Origin: Nitrospirota bacterium
Lineage (GTDB): Bacteria; Nitrospirota; UBA9217
Length of the DNA: 64,000 nt
Reading direction: 5' to 3'
Assembly (NCBI GenBank): GCA_963737155.1
Contig: CAVTRN010000002.1
Location: forward strand, 2,016,001-2,080,000
The first letter of the stretch is position 1. Each line of letters opens with the position of its first letter. The notes beneath the pieces are model-generated. The model was not told where the DNA came from and searched no databases. It saw only the letters and a list, made by a program, of their open reading frames with translations. A program made the translations under genes and the position numbers. Shown here piece after piece: positions 30,773-42,545 of the stretch.

Positions 30773-33060
30773 TCGGACCCGCCTTCCAAGACATATTCCT
30801 GCTTCCGGGCTAGAATTATCACGCTGGAGCGGGCTTCTACGTGATAGGTCGTTGAATTTTCCAAGAGCGTTTCTTCCCCTGTGGTAGACAAGTCTTGCGG
30901 TGCCAAGCGCGACGTGTCTACCGCGAGCCACCAGCGATACCCTGGCGGCTGCGGCGGCAAACCAAAGTCGGTATCTTCCATACCAGCGTTGAACATCAGG
31001 AAAAGTGCGAGATGCTCATCCTCATGGATGAGACAAGCAAATTGTTTTTCTTTCGGGTCGTTCCAGTTGGGCAATCCTCCTTGCGGGCCAAACCAATGGA
31101 TCTCGGTGTCCGTGTAGAATTGCTCCTTACACAGAATCGGATGGGCATGACGAAAAGCAATCATGCCGCGAGTAAAGCGGAAAATCTCCCGGTGCTGTTC
31201 CAGACGTTTCCAGTCATACCAGCTCGTTTCGTTGTCCTGGCAGTAGGCATTATTGTTGCCGCCTTGTGTTCGGCAAAATTCGTCTCCGCCGAGCAGCATC
31301 GGCACCCCGCGGGAGATTAACAGAGTCAGCAGGAAGTTCTTGATCTGGCGCCTCCTGATAGACTCGATCCCGGCATCCGTTGTCTCGCCTTCAGCGCCGT
31401 AGTTCTCGCTGAAGTTGTAGTTTGTGCCGTCATGGTTGTTTTCCCCGTTTGTTTCATTGTGCTTGTAATGATAACTCACCAGGTCGTTCAGTGTGAAGCC
31501 GTCGTGGCAGGTGACGAAATTAATGCTGCTCTCGGGTCCTTTGCCCGACTTGGCGTAGATGTCAGCACTGCCACAGATGCGGCTGGCAAACAAACTGAGC
31601 ATCCCATCATCGCCGCGCCAGAACCGTCGTACATCATCACGGTACCGACCATTCCATTCCGCCCAGCGGCATTCGGAGAAGCTCCCGACCTCATACGCTC
31701 CGGCGGCATCCCATGCCTCAGCGATGATTTTCACGTCTCTCAAGATCGGGTCCTCGGCGATCCGGACGAGAAGAGGAGCATCAGCTAGCAACTTGCCGGT
31801 GCCGTCTCGGCCGAGAACCGACGCCAGGTCAAACCGGAATCCATCCACATGCATCTCTACCAACCAATAACGGAGCGCGGTCAAGATGTGCTCTCGCACC
31901 ACGGGATGGTTAGCATTAATAGTGTTGCCGGTGCCCGTGTAGTCCCTGTAAGAACGTTTATCGTCCGCCAACATGTAAAAGATGCTGTTATCAATCCCGC
32001 GGAAACAGAGTGTAGGCCCCTGTTCGTTTCCCTCGGCTGTGTGATTGAAGACCACGTCCAGAATCACCTCGATGCCCGCCTCATGGAAGGCTCGGACCAT
32101 TTCCTTGAATTCCAGCTTCTGCTGACCCACGCCTCCCGAACTGCTATAGGAAGCTTTGGTCGCAAAGAAGGCCACGGGATCGTAACCCCAGTAATTCCCG
32201 AGTGGCTGGCCTGTTTGTGGATTAATTCCCGGCACCTGGTGTTCATTGAATTCCTGCACTGGCATCAGTTCCACGGCCGTTACCCCCAGTTCTTTGAAAT
32301 AGGAGATCTTTTCCATGAGACCCCGGTATGTGCCGGGATGCTTCACACAGGAGTTGGGATGAATGGTGAAACCACGAACATGCGTTTCATAGATGATCGT
32401 CTTCGACCAGGGATGCTTGGGAGGACGATCCTCATGCCAGTGAAAATGCTCCTGCGTGAACACGCATTTCGGCATGGCGCCGGCATTATCTATCATAGAA
32501 CGCACCGAATCTCCGTCGGGCGCTGACGGATCGTATCCCCGTGCCGGGCCAAAATCCCAATCAGGCAATGGCGAGATCGCTGTCGCAAATGGGTCCAGGA
32601 GTAGCTTGTTAAAATTGAAACGATGCCCATCCTTGGGTTGATACGGGCCGTCCACTCGATAGGCATACAGCTGGCCAGGCCGAATCCCCTTGACCCAGAC
32701 GTGCCACACATCACCAGTGCGGTTGCACGTGGGGTCCAGATCAATCATCCTTGCGTTCGTGGCATCTTCGAGATTATTAAACAAGTCCAGCCGAACGCGA
32801 CTGGCGTGTCGGCTGAAGAACGCAAAGTTTACTCCTTCGCCATGTGCATAGGTTCCCAGAGGCAATGGCACACCAACTCGAACATCGGTCCGCTCCGATA
32901 CCTGAGTCACATAATCATGCAGAGTGCGTTCAGACGTGGTCAGCTCTGTGTTCGAGACCGCCTTTTCTGCGGCTTGGCATGATACGGACGACCTCGGACT
33001 TTTTGTGCGTTTCATTCTTTTCGGTTTTGTTGCCTTCTGCATTGTGTCCTTTTTCTTCAT
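30769..33060 (-). CDS. glgX: Glycogen debranching enzyme (isoamylase)
   Basis: NYWGYDP, DVVFNHTAEG, DGFRFDLAS, IAEAWD, TCHDGFTLNDLVSY, QGGNNNAYCQDNE. Confidence 0.96.
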   Translation of the reverse strand: MKKKDTMQKATKPKRMKRTKSPRSSVSCQAAEKAVSNTELTTSERTLHDYVTQVSERTDVRVGVPLPLGTYAHGEGVNFAFFSRHASRVRLDLFNNLEDATNARMIDLDPTCNRTGDVWHVWVKGIRPGQLYAYRVDGPYQPKDGHRFNFNKLLLDPFATAISPLPDWDFGPARGYDPSAPDGDSVRSMIDNAGAMPKCVFTQEHFHWHEDRPPKHPWSKTIIYETHVRGFTIHPNSCVKHPGTYRGLMEKISYFKELGVTAVELMPVQEFNEHQVPGINPQTGQPLGNYWGYDPVAFFATKASYSSSGGVGQQKLEFKEMVRAFHEAGIEVILDVVFNHTAEGNEQGPTLCFRGIDNSIFYMLADDKRSYRDYTGTGNTINANHPVVREHILTALRYWLVEMHVDGFRFDLASVLGRDGTGKLLADAPLLVRIAEDPILRDVKIIAEAWDAAGAYEVGSFSECRWAEWNGRYRDDVRRFWRGDDGMLSLFASRICGSADIYAKSGKGPESSINFVTCHDGFTLNDLVSYHYKHNETNGENNHDGTNYNFSENYGAEGETTDAGIESIRRRQIKNFLLTLLISRGVPMLLGGDEFCRTQGGNNNAYCQDNETSWYDWKRLEQHREIFRFTRGMIAFRHAHPILCKEQFYTDTEIHWFGPQGGLPNWNDPKEKQFACLIHEDEHLALFLMFNAGMEDTDFGLPPQPPGYRWWLAVDTSRLAPQDLSTTGEETLLENSTTYHVEARSSVIILARKQEYVLEGGSE

Positions 33061-33082
33061 TCTTTTACCGTGAGAAATCTAA

Positions 33083-35629
33083 TCACCGCTGCCACAGGAT
33101 ATGAGCGTCTTCCAGTGGGATCGCAACGCCGTCGTGGTGCGGTATGAGTCGCGCCGTATAGTCCGATGGTGGACGGGCCGCAGACACAGACACGCTGTAA
33201 ATGTACCCATCCGACGCACCCGACAGTTGTCGGACAAGTTTCATCTCCTGCCGCACTGGCCCGCCGCCGTTCACGCCGTCGGCATAAAGCTCTACACGCA
33301 CCGTCTTCGGGTCGAGATCATTAAGATATATCTGGACCTCGAATACATGCTGATTCCCGTTGGTCTCGATTTTCACTGCGCCGAAGTGGAGTATAGCCCA
33401 CTTTTGCTCTATTGTATGCCGCCAGTCAACCATCTGTCTGCCCTCGGCCCCATTATTTTCGGCTCGTTTGCGATAGTTTATAGCAGCAGGGAGGTAGTGT
33501 TGCTCGGTATATTCGCGCACAGCACGGTTGGCGGAGAAGCGCGGCGTCAATCGTGCCATGCTTTCCCGCATCCGCGCTACCCAGGCGGTGGGGATGCCCT
33601 TTTTGTCTCGGGTATAAAACTCAGGGATCACCTCCCGCTCGAGCCGCTCGTAAAGAGAGTCGGCTTCTACAGCATCCCAGGCGGAATCGTCGCCATGTTC
33701 CTTACCATCCCCCAACGCCCACCCTACTTCAGGGGTGTAGGCTTCCGCCCACCAACCATCCAATTCCGAAAGATTAATGCCGCCATTCACCAACACTTTC
33801 ATACCACTCGTTCCGCAGGCCTCCCAGGGCCGGCGCGGTGTGTTGATCCAGACATCTACCCCCTGCACCAGGTGCTCGGTCAAAAGCATGTCGTAGTCAC
33901 TGAGGAAGATCACATGGGGGCGCGCCTCGGGCCGTCGGATAAAATGGATCCATTCCTGAATCAGGATCTGCCCAGCCTGGTCTGCTGGATGGGCCTTGCC
34001 GGCGAGGATGAGTTGCACCGGGCGTCCTGGGTTGGTTAACAGACGAAGCAGCCGCTCCGGATCACGCAGCAGCAGGTTCGGTCTTTTGTAGGTGGCGAAG
34101 CGGCGCGCAAAGCCCAGTGTCAATGCGTTGGGATCAAATAGATGTTTCGCCTTGTCAACCGCCTCGGGTGGCGCGCCGGAGGCGGCCAGCTTCCGGGACA
34201 ATCGTTCGCGTGCGTATTCAACAAGAGACTTGCTGACAGCGGTACGAAATTGCCAGAGCCTGGCATCGGATATGCGACGAACGTCATGCTCCAGGGTTTC
34301 CGTTGCCCCATGCCAGCGGTCTTTTCCACAGGCTTCCGTCCAAAGATCGTCGGCCGGGGCCGAGTCCCAAGTCGGCATGTGGACTCCGTTCGTTACATGT
34401 CCGACCGGGATTTCTTCCTGCGGCCAGTGCGGAAAGAGAGGCTCGAAGAGGTGACGGCTCACCTTCCCGTGCAAGCGACTCACGCCGTTGACATCGCCAC
34501 TCCCGCGGATTGCCAGAAACGCCATGTTGAAACTTTCCGACGAGTCATCTTGGTCCCGGCGGCCCAATGCCAGCAAATCTTGGAGTGTTATACCGAGTTC
34601 CTGCTCGGCATAACCACCGAGGTATTGCTCGATGAGGGATGGAGAAAAACGGTCGAATCCGGCAGCAACTGCCGTGTGCGTGGTGAATAAGTTACCCGCT
34701 CGCGTGACAGCCAGTGCAACTTCGAACGGCTGCCCTGTCTCTTGCATGAAAGTGCGGGCACGTTCCAACACGGCGAAGGCCGCATGTCCTTCATTCAGGT
34801 GACAGACTTCCGGTTGGAGACCGAGCGCGCGGAGCAACCGCCACCCGCCTATCCCAAGCATAATCTCTTGTTGAAGCCGCAAATCCGGCCCGCCTCCGTA
34901 AAGCTCGCTGGTAATGCCTCGGTGAGCCGGGAGGTTAGCGAGGTCATTGCTGTCAAGCAGGTAAAGGCGCACCCGGCCGACCTGGACCTGCCAGGCGCGC
35001 AGCCAGACGGGATAGCCGGGCAAGTCGAACTTCAGCCGTAACCACTCTCCGTTCGCCTGACGCAACGGTGTAATGGGCAATTGGCCGGGATCGTTGTAGG
35101 GGAACAAAGCTTGCTGCGCTCCGTCCTTGTCGAGCACCTGCCGAAAATAGCCTTGCTGGTAGAGCAGCCCCACGCCGACCACCGGCACGCCAAGATCACT
35201 GGCCGATTTAAGCTGATCGCCGGCCACATTGCCTAGTCCGCCGGAGTAGATGGGCAGCGCTTCACTCACCATGAATTCCATGCTGAAATACGCGACACGG
35301 GTAAGGGGAGACTTCGAATGCTCTTGCTGAAACCACGCGGGGGTTTTTGCCGCCTGACGCCTGGCTTGCACGAGGTCATCGATTCTTTTGCGGAAAACAG
35401 GGTCGGCTGACACGCGCTGGAGTTGGTCCTGGGAAACCGTCTGCAGGACAGCCCATGGATTGTGCGTAAGATCCCACAAGTCGGGATCAAATTGCCGCCA
35501 TACTTCATCGGTAACATGATTCCACGACCAACGCATATCCAGGGCAAGCTCCGCCAGAGAATCGAATCCTTCGGCGTCCGTGGGTAAAAGACTGTAGATC
35601 GGCTTGCTGACAGGTGTTTGTTTGCTCAT
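33083..35629 (-). CDS. glgP: Alpha-glucan phosphorylase
   Basis: YSGGLGNVAGD, HLNEGH, ARRFATYKR, EACGTSGMK (PLP lysine). Confidence 0.96.
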   Translation of the reverse strand: MSKQTPVSKPIYSLLPTDAEGFDSLAELALDMRWSWNHVTDEVWRQFDPDLWDLTHNPWAVLQTVSQDQLQRVSADPVFRKRIDDLVQARRQAAKTPAWFQQEHSKSPLTRVAYFSMEFMVSEALPIYSGGLGNVAGDQLKSASDLGVPVVGVGLLYQQGYFRQVLDKDGAQQALFPYNDPGQLPITPLRQANGEWLRLKFDLPGYPVWLRAWQVQVGRVRLYLLDSNDLANLPAHRGITSELYGGGPDLRLQQEIMLGIGGWRLLRALGLQPEVCHLNEGHAAFAVLERARTFMQETGQPFEVALAVTRAGNLFTTHTAVAAGFDRFSPSLIEQYLGGYAEQELGITLQDLLALGRRDQDDSSESFNMAFLAIRGSGDVNGVSRLHGKVSRHLFEPLFPHWPQEEIPVGHVTNGVHMPTWDSAPADDLWTEACGKDRWHGATETLEHDVRRISDARLWQFRTAVSKSLVEYARERLSRKLAASGAPPEAVDKAKHLFDPNALTLGFARRFATYKRPNLLLRDPERLLRLLTNPGRPVQLILAGKAHPADQAGQILIQEWIHFIRRPEARPHVIFLSDYDMLLTEHLVQGVDVWINTPRRPWEACGTSGMKVLVNGGINLSELDGWWAEAYTPEVGWALGDGKEHGDDSAWDAVEADSLYERLEREVIPEFYTRDKKGIPTAWVARMRESMARLTPRFSANRAVREYTEQHYLPAAINYRKRAENNGAEGRQMVDWRHTIEQKWAILHFGAVKIETNGNQHVFEVQIYLNDLDPKTVRVELYADGVNGGGPVRQEMKLVRQLSGASDGYIYSVSVSAARPPSDYTARLIPHHDGVAIPLEDAHILWQR

Positions 35630-35687
35630 GGTATTTCCTCCAAAGCTCCTCCGCTTGCGCCTCGCATTCTTGTCCCTTTTTGCGAGT

Positions 35688-37382
35688 TCATGATTTCCCC
35701 TCCGAATTTATTTTGCTGGCAAGCCCTGACCGCTGTGTCGACACAGCCAAAGCATCTGTGACGATCGTCTGCGCTTCCTCCAAGATGTGGCGCAGATGGT
35801 CCTCTCCCCTGAAGCTCTCCGCATAAATCTTGTAGATATTCTCAGTTCCTGACGGACGAGCCGCGAACCATCCACTTTCCGATATTACTTTCAATCCGCC
35901 GATCGGAGCGCCGTTGCCCGGCGCGCGAGTGAGGACAGTCTTGATTTTTTCACCCGCCAGCTCGGTGAGCTTAACCTGCTGGGATGAGAGTTTCGCCAAT
36001 AGATCTTTTTGATCCGGAGTGGCTGGCGCCTCAATGCGGTCATAGACAGGCTCACCGAACTCACGCGTGAGTTCATGGTAGATTTCGCCCGGATCGCGGC
36101 CCATCCGGGCCGTGATCTCCGCCGCGAGCAAAGCCGGGACAATTCCATCTTTGTCCGTCGTCCAGACACTGCCGTCCAGACGGACAAAAGACGCACCTGC
36201 GCTCTCTTCGCCACAGAAGCCTAACGAGCCGTCGAGCAAGCCATCAACGAACCACTTGAAACCAACCGGCACCTCGTGGAGCTTCCGCCCCAGTTTGGCT
36301 GCTATCCGATCAATCATCTGGCTGCTCACCAACGTCTTACCGACCGCCGCATCCTTGCGCCACTTCGGCCGGTGCTGGAAGAGATAGAAGATAGCGACGG
36401 AAAGGTAATGGTTGGGCGGCAGCAATCCCGCACTTCGGGTGACGATTCCGTGCCGGTCATGGTCGGTGTCGCAAGCCCAGGCTATTTCGAAGCGATCCTT
36501 GATTTCAATCAACCTCTGCATCGCATAGGGCGAGGATGGGTCCATGCGGATCTGACCGTCCCAATCTACCGTCATGAAACGAAAGGTCGGATCGACTACC
36601 TCGTTCACGACGGTAAGGTTCAACCCGTAGCGCTCGGCAATCGGCTCCCAGTAGTGAACGCCGGCACCACCGAGTGGGTCGACACCCATACTGATTTTCA
36701 TGGCGCGGATGGCATCCATATCGATCACATTGGCGAGATCAGTAATGTAAGCATTGAGATAGTCGTGCCGGTGCGTCGTGGGGGCGCGAAGAGCCTTCTC
36801 GAAAGGAATCCTTTTCAGACTGCTAAGACCGTTTTCTAGAAACTCGTTTGCCTTCGCCTCGATCCAACTGGTAACGGCGGCTTCCGCCGGCCCGCCGTTT
36901 GGTGGATTATATTTGAATCCGCCATTATGCGGCGGATTGTGTGACGGCGTGATGACGATGCCGTCTGCGAGTCCGGTCTTGCGACCGCGATTGTATGTCA
37001 GAATCGCGTGGGAAATGACAGGAGTTGGGGTGTATTCATCGCCCTGTGCGATCATGACTTCCACCCCGTTTGCCGCCAGCACTTCAACCGCGCTGGCAAG
37101 AGCCGGCACAGAAAGGGCATGCGTGTCCATACCGAGAAACAGTGGGCCCTCGATCTTTTTTTGCTCCCGGTACAGGCAAATGGCCTGAGTGATGGCGAGA
37201 ATATGCCATTCATTGAAAGCTTTTTCGGATGCAGAACCACGATGTCCTGAAGTCCCGAAGGAAACCCGTTGCTCCGCCACTGAAGGATCTGGCACCTCGG
37301 TATAATAGGCCGTGATCAGTTTGGGCACGTTGACGAGCATCGATGGCTCGGCCGGCATTCCTGCAAAAGGGCTTATTGTCAT
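35688..37382 (-). CDS. pgm: Phosphoglucomutase
   Basis: FGTSGHRG, TPSHNPP, DTDHDR, GEESAG, RPSGTE. Confidence 0.96.
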   Translation of the reverse strand: MTISPFAGMPAEPSMLVNVPKLITAYYTEVPDPSVAEQRVSFGTSGHRGSASEKAFNEWHILAITQAICLYREQKKIEGPLFLGMDTHALSVPALASAVEVLAANGVEVMIAQGDEYTPTPVISHAILTYNRGRKTGLADGIVITPSHNPPHNGGFKYNPPNGGPAEAAVTSWIEAKANEFLENGLSSLKRIPFEKALRAPTTHRHDYLNAYITDLANVIDMDAIRAMKISMGVDPLGGAGVHYWEPIAERYGLNLTVVNEVVDPTFRFMTVDWDGQIRMDPSSPYAMQRLIEIKDRFEIAWACDTDHDRHGIVTRSAGLLPPNHYLSVAIFYLFQHRPKWRKDAAVGKTLVSSQMIDRIAAKLGRKLHEVPVGFKWFVDGLLDGSLGFCGEESAGASFVRLDGSVWTTDKDGIVPALLAAEITARMGRDPGEIYHELTREFGEPVYDRIEAPATPDQKDLLAKLSSQQVKLTELAGEKIKTVLTRAPGNGAPIGGLKVISESGWFAARPSGTENIYKIYAESFRGEDHLRHILEEAQTIVTDALAVSTQRSGLASKINSEGKS

Positions 37383-37429
37383 GGCTTTCTCTCCTCAAAT
37401 GTCGCGGCGATGTTGTCGCGATCAATAGT

Positions 37430-38101
37430 TTTCAAGCCCACTTATTCCCCCGAGCTATGCCCATAGGCACGACCGATCAACAAAACGAAGCGCTCACGAT
37501 TCGCCCGGTTAAACTCCTCCGGATCGTAGCAAAGAAAATGCAGCGACCTCTACCGGATCTGCACCCATCGGTGTACCAAGATGACCGAAGTGCGCCCTCT
37601 GAATGGCATAAATGAAAAGGGCGCGAATTGTATTAATGCAACGCTGGTCAAGTTGAACGTAGTTGATCATAGCTTCACTCTCCTGGAGAAGGTTGCCCGA
37701 CTAATAATCGTTTCCTCGATGGCCGGAAGTCCTCCAGGGGTATCAGGAATATTGATGATGAGGTTAGGTCGCTTCGCTCGCGCATATAGCTCGGTAGCCT
37801 CTTTGATACTTCTGGCAGAAATGTATGCAAGAAGCGGTGACATCTCTAATGACACCCAGCCGTCATCCCTGTCCGTTCCATCGCAGAACGACTTCTCTTC
37901 TTGTCCCTTTTGACGGATAGCATCGTTGTAGAACTCGGTATTTTTAATAGCGTGACCAAAGATCGTGGGGTTTGAGGTAAGTCCCGTCACCGAAAGTTCG
38001 GCGATATAATGGCGAAGAGTCCCCTTTGTCAGAAGCCCACGGGTAATGTTGTCGAGCCAAGGGCTCCGACCGAGATCATGCAGTCGTTGTGTCGCTTTCG
38101 T
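37430..38101 (-). pseudogene. tal: Transaldolase pseudogene
   Basis: GGAGG RBS then ACG in place of ATG; WLDNITR, GLTSNPTIF, GWVSLEMSP. Catalytic IKIP is changed to INIP, with internal deletions. Confidence 0.85.
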
Positions 38102-38113
38102 AGTTCCTCCTGC

Positions 38114-38842
38114 CTATCGCGTGTGGTCGGCTTTGAAGTTTCCAAGCAGCACAGGTAAGCTGTAGTTGAGCAGATCGCCGATTCGCTCAATCGTGAGGTC
38201 AGCTGACGGATAGTTGACGATGGCCTTGGGGTCGAGCGCATAATGTCCCTGGCGCGGCCATACGGTAGTCAGCCGGTCCCCCCAGATCCTTTTCATCTCC
38301 GCCAGAATGCGCAGTTTGTCGTCAACCATGACATAATGCCGAGCCGGATAACTCCTCTCGACATCATCCAACATCTGTTCTTTGTGAATGTAGATCAGCA
38401 CCCGACCCTCGACAGCTTCACATAACCCCGATCGTTGAACTTTCCGCGGCTGAAATACTACATCACCGTCAGAAAGAATCACCGTTGGTCCCCATGCTTG
38501 AACGTGTTTAAGGACGTCCAGTGATTGCGGATACAACCTATCGGCAAACAGATAATCTACGAGGAATGATGACATTAGCAGGAGCCTATGATCGCACTGC
38601 TTTTCAAGCCGGTAACGCTGCAAAGCGCCCAAGTAATCCGTATAGCCGAGTTCGGTTCGCAGCTCTTCCAAAATGGTAAAATACCGGATTTTGCTTTCAG
38701 CCCCGAACTCGCTTTCGAGGTGGAACCGAAGGTCCATTTCCACCCGGTCGTTATCAAGCAACGTGTTGTCGACGTCGAACAGGAACACAATTTCATTAGA
38801 GGGTTTCACGGCATTTCTCCGAATTATACTGCTGTTACACAA
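38114..38842 (-). CDS. HAD family hydrolase
   Basis: FLFDVDNTLLD, LSDGDVVFQPRK, MVDDK. Confidence 0.88.
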   Translation of the reverse strand: MCNSSIIRRNAVKPSNEIVFLFDVDNTLLDNDRVEMDLRFHLESEFGAESKIRYFTILEELRTELGYTDYLGALQRYRLEKQCDHRLLLMSSFLVDYLFADRLYPQSLDVLKHVQAWGPTVILSDGDVVFQPRKVQRSGLCEAVEGRVLIYIHKEQMLDDVERSYPARHYVMVDDKLRILAEMKRIWGDRLTTVWPRQGHYALDPKAIVNYPSADLTIERIGDLLNYSLPVLLGNFKADHTR

Positions 38843-39619
38843 TGACTTCTCGCCCTCTCATTCAGCCGGGATGCTCCTGTTTTATAGACGTTGTTGTTTG
38901 CTCATCACTATATTAAGATGATAATCCACTTATTGACGCGATTTTCCCCGGAACAACTTTTCCAATTACCTGTGCCCAGCTCAACGCAAATGCATTGCAT
39001 CTTCCTCATACAATCGCCTTAGAGTTGCATTTTCCCTGATTGAAACGCTGCCTCGCTACTCAACTTTTTTCAACTAAAACGGGGTACAAGCAGAAAGACA
39101 ACTTAAAATGGTTTCTTTAATCAGATTAGCATAACAATTCCCAAAGTCAATGTCCCCATCACCCATCGCTATTGGGGAGGCTCATTTAGCTGCTCAACGC
39201 TGTATACAAAAGCACTACGAGCAGGGCTACTGAAAAAGTGCGGGCTATGTCAATTAATAAATAGATTAGACCCTAACCATGACAAATGTTTTGCACACTT
39301 TGTTTGCTAGCTGGCCTGCATTTTATTTTTTATCTGATAGTTAATTTCACGTTTTATATTTGGCTCATCTTTTACGGTATTTTTGGATCGTTTTATAATA
39401 TCAGTTAGTAATAAGACACAGTTTCAGTCTTGGTACCATGAATCGATCTTTGACAGCTCGCCTTATCACTATGATCCAATAAGTCTGATCGTCGGTGACG
39501 CTGCTACGCCTGTGGCTCTCCATGCTGGAAGTGTCTATATTGTCAAGGCCTGCTTTTGATAAATCAAGTTCTTTATTGATTCTCTCCCCTTCGATCTTCT
39601 GGAATCTGAGTTATTGATC

Positions 39620-39957
39620 GGCCTTGATTACAGGATGTAATTAATACCACCTCAGCAAGATGATAGATAAACACCCGACAAACAGCGTGGCTGAGCTTCT
39701 TCGATGTGAGTGATGTCGACGCAGCGAAAAGGGTTGCTTTGCAGAATGGTGCGAAGGTGCTCTTCGCGGACCCCCAAGGAGCCGTTTTTGCGGTCCTCGC
39801 TTCCAGCAGCGATGATCCGCCCGATGTTCTGGCTGCACCGAGATAATGGAATTGGAGCTCGTTAATCAAGAGCAATCCGGACACCGATGCTGCTTTCTAC
39901 CAGAAGCTATTCGATTACCAAGTATTCGAGTTGCCCGCTTCCGAAGGCGCCCCATAG
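39620..39957 (+). pseudogene. VOC/glyoxalase family remnant
   Basis: Manual translation AWLSFFDVSDVDAA...GAKVLFADPQGAVFAVL...*WNWSSL...AAFYQKLFDY; internal stop, both ends missing. Confidence 0.65.
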
Positions 39958-40131
39958 AGTAAAACATTTGCACTAGAATGACAAATTTGTTGATCAGCAG
40001 CATGGGCATTAAAACTAGCTAATACTGATGTCAATGCTAAACTCAAAAAAACGAAATGTTAATTATTTTCTATGCGGTGACCCCTGTAGCAGGCTACATG
40101 GAATTGTAAGGTAAACTTACATCCCACGCTC

Positions 40132-42111
40132 CTAAATCTTCTTAAACACCACCATCCCCAGCGGCGGCAGGGTGAGTGAGAGAGACTGATAGCGTCCGTG
40201 CATGGGCACTGGGACAGCTTCGACGCCTCCGAAATTTCCACGGTCGCTCCCGCCATACTCCCGTGCGTCGCTGTTCAACAGTTCCCGCCAAAACCCGCCC
40301 AGGGGGACGCCGACGTGGTAGTCGTGTCGTGTCACCGGCGTAAAATTGCAGACGACCAGGATCGCATAGCCGGGGTTCCTGCCTTTTCTCAGAAAGCAAA
40401 CAACGCTGTTGTCGGCATCGGTAAAATCAACCCACTCGAATCCGGCGGGATCGAAGTCGAGTTCGAAGAGTGCCGATTCGCGCCGGTAGAGGATGTTCAG
40501 ATGCTGCACCCACCTCCGCAGTCCCTGGTGGGGCGCGAAATCGAGGAGATGCCAGTCCACGCTCCAATCGTGGTTCCATTCACGCCGCTGGCCGATCTCC
40601 CCACCCATGAAGAAAAGCTTCTTCCCCGGATGGGTGTAGAGGTAGCCCAAGAGCAGCCGCATGTTCGCGAACTTCTGCCAGTCGTCCCCCGGCATTTTGC
40701 CCATGAGGGACCCTTTTCCATGAACTACCTCGTCGTGGGACAGGGCGAGCATGAAGTTCTCGGTGAAGGCGTACCAGAGGCTGAACGTCAGCTGGCCCTG
40801 GTGGTACTTGCGGTTAATGGGTTCCCGTGAGAAATAGAAGAGCATGTCGTGCATCCACCCCATGTTCCACTTCATCCCGAATCCCAGACCGCCTGCGTAG
40901 ACCGGCCGGGAGACCATGGGCCAGGCTGTGGACTCCTCTGCAATGGTCTGCACGTCGGGGAAGACGCGGTATACCTCCTCATTCAACTTGCGCAGGAACG
41001 TGATGGCATCCAGGTTCTCCTTGCCGCCGTACTCGTTGGGGATCCACTCACCCTGTTTTCTACCGTAGTCGAGGTAGAGCATGGAAGCCACGGCATCGAT
41101 CCTGAGGCCATCGGCATGATAGCGGTCCAGCCAGAAGAGCGCGCTGCTCAAGAGAAAGGACCGCACCTCGCGCCTTCCGTAGTTGAAGATATAGGTGTTC
41201 CAGTCGGGGTGTAAGCCCTTGCGCGGGTCCGCATGTTCGTACAGGTGGGTCCCGTCGAAATAACCGAGACCGTGTTCGTCGCTCGGGAAATTGGACGGCA
41301 CCCAGTCGAGGATCACGCCGATGCCTTCCTGGTGTAGGCGGTCGATCAAATGCATGAAGTCCTGTGGCATGCCGTAGCGGCTCGTGGGCGCGAAGTATCC
41401 CGTTACCTGGTATCCCCAGGACCCGAAGAAGGGGTGTTCCATCACGGGCATGAACTCAACGTGGGTGAAGCCCGTGTCCTTGAGATAGGACGGGAGCCAC
41501 TCTGCCATTTCGCGGTAATTGAGCGACCGGTTCCCGTCCTCGGGCACCCGTCGCCAGGAGCCGAGGTGCATTTCGTATACGGCAATGGGCGCGTCCGGTG
41601 CATTTCTGGACTTTCTGGTCTGCATCCAGTCCTGGTCGTTCCACTCTTGCCTAAGGTCCCAGACCACAGACGCGGTCCCCGTCTTGTGCGACAGTTCCCA
41701 GGAAAAGGCATAGGGATCCCCCTTGTCCACGCGGTAGCCACCGAGCCGGGAAACAATGTGATACTTGTACAGGCTGCTGTTCCCGAGGCCCGGCACGAAC
41801 CCTTCCCATATCCCCGATTCGTCCCTCCGCGGTGCAAGCAGATGGGAGGCATTGTTCCAGCCGTTGAAGTCACCCATAACCGAAACCATCTCGGCATTCG
41901 GCGCCCATACCGCGAAGAGCACGCCCGCCTTGCCTTCGACGGTCATGAGATGAGACCCAAGACTTTCATATAACCGAGAGTGGCTACCTTCCTTAAAGAG
42001 GTAAATGTCGCGGTCCGCCAGCAAGGTCGGCCCGTGGATCACGGGGCCTTGAGGCTTCGTTGCGGCTGTTTGATCTTGCGGTGACAGATTTTTTTTCTCT
42101 TTTGCAGACAT
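40132..42111 (-). CDS. glgB: 1,4-alpha-glucan branching enzyme
   Basis: [52 protein letters not shown]. Confidence 0.96.
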   Translation of the reverse strand: MSAKEKKNLSPQDQTAATKPQGPVIHGPTLLADRDIYLFKEGSHSRLYESLGSHLMTVEGKAGVLFAVWAPNAEMVSVMGDFNGWNNASHLLAPRRDESGIWEGFVPGLGNSSLYKYHIVSRLGGYRVDKGDPYAFSWELSHKTGTASVVWDLRQEWNDQDWMQTRKSRNAPDAPIAVYEMHLGSWRRVPEDGNRSLNYREMAEWLPSYLKDTGFTHVEFMPVMEHPFFGSWGYQVTGYFAPTSRYGMPQDFMHLIDRLHQEGIGVILDWVPSNFPSDEHGLGYFDGTHLYEHADPRKGLHPDWNTYIFNYGRREVRSFLLSSALFWLDRYHADGLRIDAVASMLYLDYGRKQGEWIPNEYGGKENLDAITFLRKLNEEVYRVFPDVQTIAEESTAWPMVSRPVYAGGLGFGMKWNMGWMHDMLFYFSREPINRKYHQGQLTFSLWYAFTENFMLALSHDEVVHGKGSLMGKMPGDDWQKFANMRLLLGYLYTHPGKKLFFMGGEIGQRREWNHDWSVDWHLLDFAPHQGLRRWVQHLNILYRRESALFELDFDPAGFEWVDFTDADNSVVCFLRKGRNPGYAILVVCNFTPVTRHDYHVGVPLGGFWRELLNSDAREYGGSDRGNFGGVEAVPVPMHGRYQSLSLTLPPLGMVVFKKI

Positions 42112-42377
42112 GGATGTTCCCTCGCTTCTGCTTGCAAACAGGAATGCATGAACACTTTAACATCCACCGCGGAGAGCACCGAGTTCACCGAAAAGTTTCG
42201 TTGTGATAGTTGCTCAGCTTTTGAGTTTGCTTCTCAAACGTCGATTCTGCCCGGTCCGTTATTCTGAGCGTAGCGATGCATCTCTTTTTTTGCCATTGCC
42301 GGACTCTTCACGTTGCGCAGGGTGACAGCTAGGGATGCCTGCAGCAGCTTTTTTGTCATCCCGTATGACCAAACAAC

Positions 42378-42545
42378 TCATGCGGCCCTCTGGCAGCAAT
42401 ATTTAAGCAGACCTCCGAACCTTTTTCGACATTGAATAAGATGATCGCGCTTTTGCTTCGATCGTGGAGAAGGAAAAGGCAACACATAACCTCTTCCTTG
42501 GTGGTCACGCTCTTGATGGTAATGTTGCTCTTGGAAGACCGCATG
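42378..42545 (-). pseudogene. C-terminal remnant of an integrase-core transposase
   Basis: EQHYHQERDHQGRGYVLPFP...IQCRKRFGGLLKY resembles HYHxERNHQG...RERLGGLL.YY. Confidence 0.6.

Noticed and set aside
42160-42330. Degenerate REP-like palindromic sequences upstream of glgB
   Set aside because: Single decayed copies in this window; repeat status cannot be shown.
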